Below, in pieces: positions 12,116-25,148 of a stretch of DNA of 64,000 nucleotides. Position 1 is the stretch's first letter, and each line of letters opens with the position of its first letter. The notes under the pieces were generated by a model. That model worked only from the letters and a program-made list of their open reading frames with translations. It ran no database searches and had not been told where the DNA came from. Source of the DNA: Neophaeotheca triangularis (taxonomy: Eukaryota); assembly GCA_054600435.1 (NCBI GenBank), contig BAAIJX010000008.1, positions 372,001 to 436,000 of the forward strand, in the 5' to 3' direction. The position numbers and the translations under genes are program-made.

Positions 12116-13587
12116 GAGATTCCGTTGCAGGCTTGTGGATTCGGGGGCATTGGCATCTGAAGGTGCTATCTGATGGCTGTTTCACGCAAAGGCTGGAAAG
12201 GAAATCATGATACTGCTTAGAATGGGAGGGTGGTTCCATAATACCGACCATCTTGAGGCTGTTTTACTTAATGGGCACGCATGAGGCTATGGTTGCGCTT
12301 GGGATGGAAGGATGGTATCGGATCATCAAGGCCTCATTCGATCATAGCAAGTTGCTGTCAGTCCCTCATGGGCTACCTTACGCCCAGGGGTCCAGGGGAT
12401 TTGACCCAATGCTGCTTAAGCTCTACTTCGTAAGGGAGTTTGTTCGTGCCGTACTAGTCTCTCCAGTTTTCGAGTGCTGCGGTGTGGTTTGGGACGGGGC
12501 CGTTTTCGAGCTCGAGTTCAGTGTTCGTGATCTAGACGCTCGTTATATCAAATCACAGCTACAATGTCTCAAAAGTGTCCATCACTGACTTCCAGTAGAG
12601 ATGTAACAATTACATTTGAGCTCGTTCAAATGTTCGCCGGGCACTGGCAGCTGCGGTTGTAGAGGGCAGGTGGTCTTCGGAGACAGCTCCGCGCAAAAAC
12701 TCAGGGGGTCTTGTAGCCGGCAAACGGACATCGATGCCCTATCTCCAGCCGGGAACTGCTAGAACTTCCGATCTGACATTCTGATGAGTCGCCTGGTTGC
12801 AGGAAGCTTTAGTGCCCGGACGAAGAGCGGATCAGGTCGATAACATCAAGGTAGCCGGGCAGGCACGAAAGATGTTGCTTCGCTGAACTACCCCGGCATC
12901 TTTGTCACAAAGTCGAAAGACTGCTACAGGTATATACTACCATATTGAGGCCTCCTCGCAATCAATTTGTCCACAAGAGCTTCGGCGCAAGAGCCCCGAA
13001 GAGACTGGTATAGTTGACATCTTACAAAAGGCCTTTCTATCTTTCGAGAGCCAGAACGTAATCTATGCATCAATGGCGACAGAGGCACACTTCCAATGTG
13101 TCTCTATCTGCGTAGCAAGAGTCGTGCCATGCAGGGATAAGTGGCCTCGACATTTACTTCATTCAGCACCTCTTGAACACCCAGCGCCAACGCAGTTGAA
13201 GTGAGACAGTGTTGTGATCAGACCTCGATGTCTTGTCTCACTTGGTCAAAGGCTTCGAACAATGCATTGTAACACCGTGTTCAGCGAAACACTGCACTCC
13301 TCTAACACATCTCTGCCTGCATGGTGCGAGCTGGGTGTCGTATGGCGCGAGGTATAAGTTACCTCAATCTCTTCCTTCTTCAGCCTGCCCAGATCTCTCT
13401 TCAAGCACACTTCACCCTCACCCTACTCTCCTCTCCTCCTCCCCACATACCTCCCTTACACCTGCTGCGCGCCTGGAGCACGCCTCTTGCTGCCTTCACT
13501 CAAAGTCTCGCCAGACCACTTCCGCAAACACCGCAAACCTTCACCACCCGATCCACGCTTACCATCGACCCTTCAAACGCCAGAGTC

Positions 13588-14823
13588 ATGCCTCGCAAAC
13601 GCTCCGCATCTCCAGGCCCGTCCACAGAATCTAAAAAAGCCCGGGCCAAGGGCACGGCCACAGCCTCGGGAAACACAACCAAGCCCGCTCCACCACCAGG
13701 ACACTCCTCCTGGGGGACAGCCAGAAAACGAGTTCTCGAAGCTGCTGCACGTACACCTCGATTCTTGTTTCGTGGGTTTCATGCCGGCTCCGGTGGCGAT
13801 CCTGCTCTGAACACGACCGAAGCCATCACGCCCAAAGCATTTTTGAACCGGAAGGGACCATCGACGCTGTTTGACCTGTCGACAGGAAGAGTAGCCGCGC
13901 TTGCCACCGGTCATTTCAACGGCTCAAGCATTGACACCGTGTTCTCTAGCTGGAGCCAATCAATTGCTGTTGCTCTGGGTTTCGCAGAGCTGTCTCCGTC
14001 TATGCGCAACCAGGATTCGTACCTCGCTGTGATCGACACAAAACGCTTGCCGATCCACAACGTGGTCATTTCCACCACCCTGATGGACTGCATTCAAGAA
14101 GGAATACCTTCCACCCCCGAGGAGTACATGGTCTTCGGTTTGATCAAGGGCGAAGCATTCCGCGCCGTACCGATGGACCAGATCGTCGGACTTGCATCCT
14201 CTCCAATGACTGGCGGCTTCTACAAAGACCCACTAGACTTTCAGGTGATCCAGTCGGTCTCAGCTCTCTTCGGGCCCCAATTCCACGTCCCTGTCAGCAT
14301 TGCTTTGACGATGGGAGCGAAAGATGAGCGAGCGATTGATTCTGTTATCGACCGCTTGTTCGGCGTCAGTGACACCGCAGCGACAGACCGCATGGCAGAG
14401 AAACTGGTGAATTACTACATTGAGCGCGGCTTTTCGGAGTTCCGAGAGTGGAGTGGGGATGAAACAATTATGTCGCCGTCATTTGAGGTTGTAGGTTGCA
14501 GATATATGGTCCGTGTGTTAAGAACGCTGGTAAAGAAGATGGGTAAAATCAAAGAGCAGGCAGCGAAGGGAGAGGAGGAGGAGAAGAAGAAGAAGAATAA
14601 GGCCCGTGAGAAGGGGACTCTGGAAAGCAAGAGGAGGGTCCACGAAGCGAGAGAAAAGAGACTCGAGAGGAAGAAGAAGAAGGCGGAGAAGGAGAAGGAG
14701 AGACGAAGAATCCAGAACATCAAGGCTCGCGCCTGGTCCCTTCGGAAACAGCCGCAGGTCACTGCCGACGTGGGCCAGCTGACAGGCTCAATGGGTAGCA
14801 TGGAGATCGGCGTGGTGGGCTGA
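13588..14823 (+). CDS. Fungal uncharacterised protein (DUF7587-like), putative ADP-ribosyltransferase-like fold; paralogue 2
   Basis: Start placed at MPRKRSAS (ATG 13588) by analogy with paralogue 1; the ORF is open from 13321. TPRFLFR..SGGD..LNT, VFSSWSQS, LAVIDT and EEYMVFG; Lys/Glu-rich tail. Confidence 0.75.
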   Translation: MPRKRSASPGPSTESKKARAKGTATASGNTTKPAPPPGHSSWGTARKRVLEAAARTPRFLFRGFHAGSGGDPALNTTEAITPKAFLNRKGPSTLFDLSTGRVAALATGHFNGSSIDTVFSSWSQSIAVALGFAELSPSMRNQDSYLAVIDTKRLPIHNVVISTTLMDCIQEGIPSTPEEYMVFGLIKGEAFRAVPMDQIVGLASSPMTGGFYKDPLDFQVIQSVSALFGPQFHVPVSIALTMGAKDERAIDSVIDRLFGVSDTAATDRMAEKLVNYYIERGFSEFREWSGDETIMSPSFEVVGCRYMVRVLRTLVKKMGKIKEQAAKGEEEEKKKKNKAREKGTLESKRRVHEAREKRLERKKKKAEKEKERRRIQNIKARAWSLRKQPQVTADVGQLTGSMGSMEIGVVG

Positions 14824-15660
14824 TTCTGTGAAATCTTGGAGCATGCCTCGCTTGGCCATACTCTGTGGAACTCGCCAGTTCAGAGACTGGTGAGGCGCTG
14901 GGCGATCGTGCCGCTGAATTCGCATTTTACAACATCTTGTGCATATGGATTTGGGGGGGGGGGGGGTGTCTCCTGGAGGCGAATTGTACTAGGCTTTGCT
15001 TTGTAAGGGTGTTGATATATGAGGCGTTAGTCTTGTCAGTTTTTGTGCTTTTGCGACCTGATTTGGCCGAATTCGCGGTTTTGCGCAGTTCTGGGCGGCT
15101 TGCATCGCATTTATCGCTGCCACCCACCCATATGTAGTTTGGAAGCTTGTCGTGTTGAATGAAAGAATGGAAGTTATCGGGATACATGCCTCCAGTAAGC
15201 TCTACAGAAGATCATAGACCCTGCAAATGAGAGCCAGGAGTGTAGGTAGGTAGGTAGGTACCTTCGATGAGGTGAAGTAAGACTTACTACCTTACCCAAT
15301 TGCTTACTCACAATACCCCCAAGCCTGCCTTCTTCTATGGGACAAGGTTCGGTCCGGGGCGTTCCGAACCCTCGTCTGCGCACAGACACTAGCATCACCT
15401 CTGCAGTTCCGCCAACATCCAAGTCTCCAAGGGCGATCGGTACCCTATCGTTCCACAGTGTCAAGCTTGAATGGTAGGAGGTATTGCTTGTTCAGACAAA
15501 AACCGGGCGAAAGTGAAGACCTGTTCTGTCATGGTGACGACTCGACGAGTTTCGCGCCAAAACACCAGCTAAACGCATTCTTCTCCCCTTCACACTCCTA
15601 CTCTACCTCGAACCAAAGTTACAAACATCGACTCCACCCATCCAGAACCTCGCCTCCACC

Positions 15661-16476
15661 ATGGCCGACCCCTTCGAAGTGCGCATGCGCTTCACCCAAC
15701 AGCTCCAGCACCTGAACGCCTCAACCTCCTCCGCGACCAAAGCAGCAAACTACGCCCTCCGCCACGCCGAACACGCCGACGACCTGCACTCGTGCATCCT
15801 CGAACAACTCGAGCGCAACAACATGAACAACCGCGCCAACATCATGTACTTCCTGCCCTCCCTCTGCGACGCCGCCAAGACACAAGGCGCCAACGGCGAG
15901 GCCGCGGGCTTCGTCTACACGCGCATGATAGAGCGGGACATCCTACGCATTGTGGACGCCGTGGCACCAGAAGATGGCATCGGCGCGGCGAACGTCAAAG
16001 TCGTGCGCAAAGTGCTGAGCCAATTGCAGGGGAAGGGGTTCTTGCAGCCGCAGACTGTGACGGAGCTGGAGGAGTGCATAGCCGGCAGGGATAGCGTTCG
16101 GGGCATGGGTACTTCTCCTCCCGATGCTCCCAGTGGTATGGATGGTACTGACGGCGGGGTGGCGGGAACAGCGCGCCACAACCCTACGCCGATGTCGAGT
16201 CATCGTGATACGGGTGGGATGGGGACGTATGGCGCTACTGGGATTCGGCTCGATAAGAGGCAGGTTGAGCAGCGGATTGAGGAGGATCGTGAGCGGCATA
16301 AGAGAGCTAGGGAGGGCATTTGGGCTATTCCGCAGGTGCCGGGGGCTATGGATGTGGATGCGGAGGTTGATAAAATGTGGGACGAGACTTCGGAGATCAA
16401 TGAGGATGATTATGCTTTGATGAAGGAGGAGACGGAGGAACGCACAAAGTGCAAAGAGTACGAGGAGGTGGCTTGA
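15661..16476 (+). CDS. CTK3: CTD kinase I subunit gamma
   Basis: MADPFEVRMRF..LNAS, DLHSCILEQLE..NMNNRANIMYF and C-terminal RIEEDRERHKR..E.IW. Confidence 0.92.
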   Translation: MADPFEVRMRFTQQLQHLNASTSSATKAANYALRHAEHADDLHSCILEQLERNNMNNRANIMYFLPSLCDAAKTQGANGEAAGFVYTRMIERDILRIVDAVAPEDGIGAANVKVVRKVLSQLQGKGFLQPQTVTELEECIAGRDSVRGMGTSPPDAPSGMDGTDGGVAGTARHNPTPMSSHRDTGGMGTYGATGIRLDKRQVEQRIEEDRERHKRAREGIWAIPQVPGAMDVDAEVDKMWDETSEINEDDYALMKEETEERTKCKEYEEVA

Positions 16477-17138
16477 AATTTTGATATCCTACGCAGAGGA
16501 GAAGTCTTCGAAGGACACGTTGACCCGGGACTCGGTGGTCTCGCCTTGCCTACTGATTGACATGGGTAGCGTGGCGCTGGTGGAGTTGCAAAATTCTGAT
16601 AGTCTAGGTCCACGGCTGTTTTGAAGACAAGGACTGGCTTTGCGGCAACACCGATCCATGGTATTCCAAACAAGCGATCTCACACGAAGCTACCTGTGGC
16701 CCTTTTCAAGTTGAGAGGCTGGCTCATCAAAGCCAGCCAGGGCTTTTACTACCAAGCCGTGCTCCAGCCCCGGGTCGCGAACCGGAAGTCGTGGCTCTGA
16801 CTAGATGGTGGACATTCCCTAAGAAGATCTTTGGCGGACGAAGCATGTTCCAGCCGTTTGTTGCCAAAGAGTCTTCCGCGTTGCAAGGGGGCTGGGGGAA
16901 GCTTGTAGCACTTCAAGCACAGGTCCAGTTGACGGGTTGTCTATTGATCCGGAGGAATTGGCATGCAGTATATTTAAGCTGTACTTTTCGACAGATGATT
17001 GTATTTATACACTGGAGGAGTAGAGGGGTGTGGTGATACAGATGCGCTCCTGCGCCGAGGCCATGCAACACACAAGTCTATACCATCCACCTCATCCCAA
17101 ATGTCAGAAACGCCATGCTCTCACCATAAAACCGGACA

Positions 17139-17870
17139 TTATGACTCGAAGAGCATCTTTCTTGTGATCTGGAGTGTTTCGTTAGCTTTCCGCACCCTCA
17201 AAACCGAGGCTTCAAGCCCATAAAATCAACTTACAGCCCAAGCACCTGCAACAGATGCGACAATTCCACTAGACACCGCCGCGGGTCTGACACCCCTCGA
17301 GCTCTTGAAAATCGCGCCACTAATCCCACCAGCCACGACACTGTTCAAGCTGTCATGTTTTCCCCTGTAATACCCGATAGTGCTGTTGACACCATTGTAC
17401 ATCAAAGCCACTACACCCGCACTGTTGCCCAAAAATGGCCCACGCCTCGTAATAGCGTTGAGCGCGCTGTTCAATTTCAGCTTCGGCGGGCTCGCCCCAG
17501 GTAACCGGTTCAGCCCCTCTGCGAGACCCCACGCGCCTCCTATCGTCAATCCCGTCAGGTATGTCACGCCGGTGCCATAGCAGAGGTCATCGGACCAGCC
17601 TCGCGAGGGCAGCGCGGATTGCGAGCCGGGAAGGTCAGAGAGCGCGCTGTCATCGAGGGAGAGGTAGTCGAGGGTATCTTGGTTCAAGCCGGCGAGAGGG
17701 TGCAGCGCCGCTGGGTCGAATTGGCCGGGGCTGTTTATGAAGTCGGTCGTGGGGGTTTCGAAGGATGGGGAGACGCTGCCGGCCGGGTCGTTGACGAGTC
17801 TTTCTTGCGAGGGCGAGGCGGTTTGGGTTTGGGTGTCCTTTTTGCCGGTGAAGGCGTCCCAGATGCCCAT
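17139..17870 (-). CDS. TIM23: Mitochondrial inner membrane translocase subunit Tim23 (exons 17870-17235, 17168-17139)
   Basis: LHPLAGL, LPSRGWSDDLCYGTG, TRRGPFLGNSAG and RGKHD. A GTAAGT..GCTAAC..CAG intron gives the C-terminus ITRKMLFES*. Confidence 0.95.
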
Positions 17871-18332
17871 CTTGTGGGTCCAGATGTGGTTAACGCGGTG
17901 AAATTGGGGGAGGAAGGGTAATACGGTTGTAAGAGGGTCGTCAAAAGGCCTGGCGCAGATGGGATGGGGAGAGTGTCGTTGATGATGTCGCTGTTCAAGA
18001 AAAGTTGACAGCCTCTTCGGGTCGTTTGGCCCAAAGGGGGATTCCCGATTTGCGCCGACACTAGCCACACTTTCACTTTTGCGCCACACTTGGTCAACTT
18101 CATCTGAACTTGCTCATATAAAAATATTATTTTGGCTGTTTCTTTTAATACTGCACATATTTATCGTTGACCGCCGCTGTCGACGAGGTAAAATACCCGT
18201 TCAGCTCTGACAAGACGCGAAATGCTGTCTCGCGGCGCTCAATAAGCCAACCCGCGAAGGGGAAAGCCAATCCCAAAATTTATCGTCTCTCTACCTGCGA
18301 AGTATCCTCAGCGCTTCATCGCCTGAGGCAAG

Positions 18333-21300
18333 ATGGAGCAAGAGACCGGCAGGATCGCAGACGCATCTCTTTCCGAAGAGCAGCTTCGAACCCTCGCGAA
18401 AAGTGTAAAAGCTGTTATCCCACGACATTCTCCAGACAGCCAGACAGTCTCGGGCGACAACATAATGTAAGGATTCAGGAGCCCAGCGTCAGCATGATTT
18501 GCGAGACCGTTTGCTATTCCAATTATCTCGTAGCTAACAGCGCTCAGTGCCATTAATCGGACTCTGACCCAGCTCCTTGCCACCTCAGCATCGTCCTCGA
18601 TCACCGCCACTCACAGAGTAGCGGCTTGGAACGCCCTGTGCACTTATATTGACCATTGCGCCAGCTCGGAACTTGTCGGTTTCCAAGACCTACTATGGCC
18701 CAACGGATACTGGGAACGATGTCTTGAGCTCTATCTCAGTCACAGCCAAAAGGCACGGCCCAAGTCGTCCAAGCAGCTGTTGACTACCCTTGCAAACGCG
18801 GCAAAGCAATCTACACACTTTGAATCGAATACCGATGGTATCAGATCCAGAATTTCGAGCAAGCTCATGGGTAAGATCGTTGATCAGAACAGATCTGATG
18901 GTGTCAAGCCATTCTTGCAGGCGCTTGCGCAGTTCATCTCAAAGGACGTGCTCACTCTCCAAAGCCTCGCATTGGCGACCTCTGCATCAAGTAGGCCTGG
19001 GATATACGAAAGAAGTGACGTTCTGCAAGAAGCCTCATTTCTGGCACGTTTTGTATTGCACTGGCTCAGCGTCGGCGACTACGCTTCCACCACTACCCAG
19101 CTGCTCGTAAGCATCCTGGACCAGGCTAATCGAAGCAGCTCAAAGAACTCTTCCTCCATCTGGCCCTCGGCGCTTTGCAGCGCCTTACAAGGCTCATCAA
19201 TAGATGCCGAGGGCTTGAGGTCGCATGTATACCCCGTCTTGTTCGCACGCAGCCAAGATGGGTTTGTCGAATTTCTAGAGGAGCTGCAGGCGTCCAAGTC
19301 CGACGAAGTTGTCGAGTCTGGCCTTGCAACCTCATTCGATGCATACATTGCTGCGTTGCAAACGGCAAAAGATCTGGGTCTGCTGATCGAGATTCGCGGT
19401 GCGCTTGTCCTTCGAGAAACCCACAAGCCGGTAGTAACATTATCTACCATTGACTCCTGGACACATGCGCAAGACCCGACAATGAGACTGGGTGCCTTTT
19501 CGCTTATTATTAACGATCGTTCGGTGACAGCTCCCTTCTCCACAGCAGCTCTCACACTCATCAAAAAATGCTTGCCATCCTTCCACGCTGACACCGATCC
19601 CTGGTTCCGAGGAGAAGTATTTGGTCTTTTCCAACGGCTAGTCGATCGCACGCGAGCGGCAACCGCCGTGCTCTCTAGAGATCGGTCGAAGGATTGTTCG
19701 CCGCGACAACTTCAAGCACATCAAGACTTTGTTCGCTGGTGTCTTCGATTCCTGCAGTGGGAGCTGCGTCCTACTGCGAGCTATCAGCGACACATTTGCG
19801 CGCTGCGCTGCTTCGTCATACTCGTGAGGTCAGGTCTGGACCCTCGGGTACCAACTTCGGCACTATCACGAACTGCCCAAAGCGGCACAAGATGGGCCAT
19901 TGATCACCCCCTACTAGATGATGGCCTGGAACGACTGCTGCTTGACTTACTACTAGACCCGTTCGATGACGTGAGGCAATCGGCGGCTTCAGTGCTCCGC
20001 CTCTATACGCAAGGAACGTATACCGCAAGCCACAGCGATCCCCTTACTACTGCTTTGCAACGCGCAGAAGCCGCAATGCTTGCCAGTGGGAGAGCCGACC
20101 AAGCTGACGGCGTGGCGCACATGTACGCCTTAGCGTCGCTACGAGACACCCCAGAGGTTTCGTCTGTGGATGATGAGGCTTCCATCGCCGACAACAAGCT
20201 TCTGCCACTCATCGGCAGATTGGAAGGCATGTTGAAGACGGCTAAAGGCAGTCTTGCAGCCGCGGTAGGGAAGTACCCCTTGCACGGGATGCTGACGAGT
20301 GTGAGATACGTTCTAGCTCTGGGCAGCGGCGAGAAGGTCTCAGATCAGCTCTTTGCGCGACTCTTGGGATGTTTGCACGACGTCTGGCTAGTCGTCAAGC
20401 CAACCCTCTGCAATGACGCGCCTGAGGGCTACCAGGCTGAGGATGCCGAAGATACGAGCGATATGTCAAGCAAAGATACACTTAGTTACTGCTGGCGTGC
20501 ACTTAAAGAGGCCAGCTTACTACTTGGGGCGCTACTACCATCTGCTCAGGGTCGTGTTCCGCAAGTTATCCCGACATCGCCGATACTTGCACTCAGCGAT
20601 CTCTGTTTCGAGCAGCTCGCTGAGCTGCGACATCGCGGTGCTTTCTCTACGGTTGCTCAGACCTGGATAGCATGCTGCACAGCTACTCGCATCACAGCGG
20701 GTGACGTTGCGCTCGTGGCCTACTATGACAGGACGCTTGCCTTGCTCAAAAATAACGTCACCATCAACACCCGAAGATCTGCTGGTCTACCGTCATTGAT
20801 GTGTGGCATACTGATCGCCGACTCCTCTGGCGTCCTTGTCAGCCGAGCACTGACCGACCTCGAAATCGCCGCCCGTGAGCCCGTGGATGCTAAGCTCGCC
20901 CACGAGGGGAGTTTGCCGCAAGTGCACGCATTGAACTGCGTCAAAGACGCTCTCAAGAATACAAGGCTGGGCGAGAGATCTGAGCAGCATGTGCCCACGG
21001 CCATGCAGTTGGCAGCTGACTCCTTGAGATCCGATGCCTGGGCCGTACGGAATTGCGGCCTCATGCTCTTCCGAGGCGTCCTAGATCGCTTGCTCGGGAC
21101 TAACGACTCTTACATTGATGACGATGCTCCGGACAAGTCCCGACAACTGTCGCTGGAGCGGCACCCACAGCTTTACAACACGGTGATAGCGCTGCTGGAA
21201 GCCCCTAATCGTGACACGGGGACGACTGCACGGTCAAGCGAGGGTGTGTTCCCGGCGCTGCAATTATTACAGCGAGCGCGAGTCCCTGAGACCAAGCTTG

Positions 21301-23174
21301 AGGAAGTCCGTAACGCAGTCCTATTACTCACTGCCTCTCCACTATGGCACGTTCGCGATAAGGCCGCTAGGACCTATGCTTCTTTCGTACACAGCGACGA
21401 GGTTGTGAACCAAGTCTACCGACTTTTGTCATACCACCAACCTTTCACCCATCAGAATGCACTACATGGCCGGCTCTTGTCCGTCAAATACGTTCTCGCA
21501 GCGGCGAATCGGTCTCTGCAGTCACACGTGATGCAAGGCGCAGGAGAACACGGTGATGTCCCAAAGGCTCTGATGGAGCAGCTTGAGCTTGTCATTGGTA
21601 ACAACGAACTCTACACGACGAACAAGTGCCCCCTAACTCAAGCTGCATACGTGGACGCGTTACAAGAAACGTTGTCGAGATGTAGGAAGTACCAGCCCGC
21701 CCGAAATGACAATAGCGACAACGCGACTGCGGGCGGTACCCTCCAAGAATCGGTCCTGGCGCTTTGTCTGGATCTCTTCGACTCCAACAGCACAGCACTA
21801 AAGCACCCTGGCGCGGCAGCACTACGCCACTCCCTTGCTAAACTCTATGCTGAATACCTTGCTTGGGCGCCGTCCTCCCTGCTGGATGTCAGAACATTGC
21901 GTGTCGGCTGCGCTGTGCTCGAAAGAACCGACTCAGATGCCCTTTGCACCCTTCTCGATTCTTTGAACGAGAACTGCGCTGCCTCTCCGCTATCACCCGA
22001 CGCATCTTGGTGGAATTTCATTTACCAAATCAATGCCAGCATCCTCACCAGCGCAGCCAATTTCCGTGTGAAGACTGCTGCCCAACATGGCCTACTCGCC
22101 GCTCTCGAACATGCCCCGCCACAAGGACAAAAGTCCATGACAAGCACAGCCTCCAACGGGTCCCAGGCAGCAGATGCCCTTGAGACTGGTAGCAACCAGC
22201 TGTTCGCTGATCAGCACCTTCAACTGCAATCTAGTCACTTTCAAAACTTGCAAGGCGCAGCAGAAGACGACTCTAAACAGCAAAGACAGTCACTAGCCCA
22301 ATGGGTCACAGCTTGCGCTGCGGCAGTAAGCGAGCAAGGCCTCTACTCGCGCGAAGCAGCTGCACATGCTGTTGCGCAGCTACAGTGCTGGAAGCAGCTC
22401 AGGGACCGCCGAGACCTGGATGAGATCTTCATGCAGCTCTGCCTGATTACTTACGACCTACTCAATGATGACGAGGAGGAGCTCCGTCTGGAGGCTGCCG
22501 ATACCGCGTGCCGGATTCTGGGACTGCACGAGGAAGGCTTCCAGGCTCATCGCATGCCTTTGGTTGCCTGCCAGAAGCTCGTCTTTTTCATAGTTCACCG
22601 TTGGAATGGCCGAAGGCAGCTCGCGGAGATTGCTTTCACTCGCGCTTTCGGGCGGAATGGTGGCGGGATGATTTCCGTAGCTCAGCAGCTGGCTGACTCG
22701 AGCCAAGACAACACAGCACTCTTCGCCGAGGAGAAGCAGAATCTATACATTGACGAAGCGAGAGAAGTGCGGCTGTGGTCACAGGTCGCAATGCGTTTGG
22801 ACGCTCATGCTGCGCCGAAAAGGATGGTCAGGGAGCTTTCGCATTGGGTGGTACAGGGTTTGCAAGCTATGGAGAAGAAGTTACGGAACGAGGTCGATGG
22901 TCCTCTGGGATGGACTACGAAGACAGAGATTTTTGTGCTGGGTCTTCAGCTGATATATGGTGTCGAGATGTTGCTAAATCTGTCGGCAAGGGGAGGGAAG
23001 TTGTCTACCAAACCATCTGAGCTGAGATCAAGGCTTGCTTGTTTGCTGGCGGTCAGCGATCGAGGAGGTATGAACGCCATGTGGAAAGCAGAGATTCATC
23101 GCATCCTTGGTGATGCTGCGCGAATGCAGGTTTCGAGGGTTGCTGAGTTGCTGCAGTTGATGGGAGGCAAGTAA
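18333..23174 (+). CDS. TRM732: THADA/Trm732 (DUF2428) HEAT-repeat tRNA-methylation cofactor (exons 18333-18466, 18548-23174)
   Basis: CNDAPEG, SYCWRALKEAS, LRHRGAF, TRRSAGLP, PQVHALN, WAVRNCGLMLF and LFAEEKQNLY. The upstream exon joins in frame through a GTAAGG..GCTAAC..CAG intron. Confidence 0.9.
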
Positions 23175-23311
23175 AACGGAAGATACAGCACTAGACATCG
23201 GTATGAAGGAAGTTGTTGGCAGGAATGCTTCTAGTCGTCAGTCAGGTTGGATCGCTGCCAAAGATCCTGCGGTAGTAATACAGGTCGCTCCTGCTCCGTT
23301 GAGAAGCTTCG

Positions 23312-23354
23312 ACTTCACTTCACCTCACCTCACCTCACCTCACCTCACCTCACC
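23312..23354. repeat. (CACCT)n pentanucleotide microsatellite
   Basis: acttcacttcacctcacctcacctcacctcacctcacctcacc. Confidence 0.9.
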
Positions 23355-23790
23355 GCAGGACGGCGCAGCACGGTAACAAACTCTACATATTGCTGCCAAG
23401 CGCAACTTTCACCTTTGACCCAATTTCAACCCATAACTTCGCGACCTTCATTCACAATTGTTCTCATCTCAGCCTCGCTGCTACGGCAGAGTAAAGCATC
23501 TTCTCCCACAGATCTATCAGCCATTCCTAGTACCTCGACGCCATAGGCCAGACATTGAACACCTTTGCAGTCGCTGCGCCAAGTCGAAGGACTGCCACTC
23601 CCACGTCGAAACTAGTCCAAACACCAGCAAGTGAGTCGAAAAACCTCCCTCCACCTTCGCGTCGTTGGCTGACCCTGATGCTCCAGCACAGCCACTTCAC
23701 TTCACTTGCCCACAAGCCCTTCGCCACTCCGGATTCAATTACCACGAGCAACCTACCCGGCAACCACTACCAACCCATCCAGCCGCCAAA

Positions 23791-24436
23791 ATGACCCTCA
23801 CCATCGAAGAGAGGCAAACCCTCCACATGCACCCGGACCACGACGACGCCAGTAAGTCTGCTCCACCTGCGTCCCACCCCACACAAGTCCCCTCCGTTAG
23901 CTAACCCCTTCAACCCCCACACAGTCCACACCCACCCCCGCCCGAAACCCGACTACGGCCTCACCCCAGGCAGCATCCTCCTCATCTGCCTCCTGGGTTC
24001 CGCCGTCCTCTTCATAGCGCTAACCCTCTACCTAACCATCGACATCGGCCTCTGGCCCCGCTGGTACCGGCGCCGCATGCGCTTGCACGAAGCCCGGGGC
24101 GCGCAAGCCCGCCACCACGCGCGTCTGCGGCAGACGGCCGTGTCCGCCGCGCCTGCGACGCCCAAGTCCCGCGCCGTGGGCATGTTGTGGAGGAATGACT
24201 CGCACGCTGAGGCGCACAAGGTCGCGGCTGCGATGGGGGGAGGGGACGGGTTGGGGTATGCGGTTAGGGTTGCTGGGGGGAGGGGGAGTGTGTATGGGAG
24301 GGATTTGAGTGGAGGGGATGTTGGAGGGAGTGGTGGCGTGTATGCTGGGCCTGGGACTGGGAGGACCGGGGAAGCAATCGCTATGGAGCGTGTCGATGTG
24401 TTGCTTCCGGAGCCCGTGAGGGTTGCGAGGAAGTAG
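23791..24436 (+). CDS. Small single-pass membrane protein of unknown function, ~190 aa (exons 23791-23851, 23925-24436)
   Basis: ATG in ccaaaATG context. The intron GTAAGT..GCTAAC..ACAG joins in frame to a TM helix SILLICLLGSAVLFIALTLYLTI followed by basic RWYRRR. Confidence 0.7.
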
Positions 24437-25148
24437 GGGTGGTGGTTGGTTCTTCCATCTACTCGATGGCGCTTCTGGCGAGGTGCTGGTGGTTGCGAGG
24501 GTCCTGAATCTGCAGTCGCGCTACTTGCGATGCTACGGAACAATGGCAGGCTTGGGAATGGGCAGGAGCGAGAGATGCGGCCACTGCAGCTTTCATAATG
24601 CCTTCTTGCTCCTGCAGAAGTCATGAGCATACAGCAGCACATGCACGAGAAGTTTAAACAAATGTACAAGGCATGCCAAGCAGTCCAGTCAAGCTTCCAG
24701 CCCTCGGGGTTGCCCACTCGCCCTGACCACCTACCTAGGTACCTGGACGGGACACCCCCACATGCGTAGTGACGTACGAGTAACTTATCCCGGCGAGCGA
24801 CGGTAAGGTACCTCCAGCTACCTTAGCTTGGACCTGGACCTACCTTTAGGTACCTTTACCCTACCTTAGGTTGCTTACCTACCTTAGCTAAGGTTCCAGA
24901 TTGACGTCGATGTTTTCCAGGCTAGGTCGGCTTTGAACTTTGGAGGCATTGGGAAACAGGCCAGGCGGAAACGCGGCATCTCGTCTCGTGATAGAGCTGA
25001 GCTGTCCAACAAAACGACGGAACACGCGGAACACCTGATTCTTCCATTTCCTCACCACTTCATCCCAAATTCTTCTTACCATTCACTCCTCTTCCTCTTC
25101 CTCTTCCTCTTCCACCACCAGCTTCAACTTCCTCTCTCAACCCTCACA

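Noticed and set aside
13321..13587. 89-aa N-terminal extension of paralogue 2 in the ORF track
   Set aside because: The sequence is C/T-rich and 5'UTR-like; the paralogue comparison points to the start at 13588.
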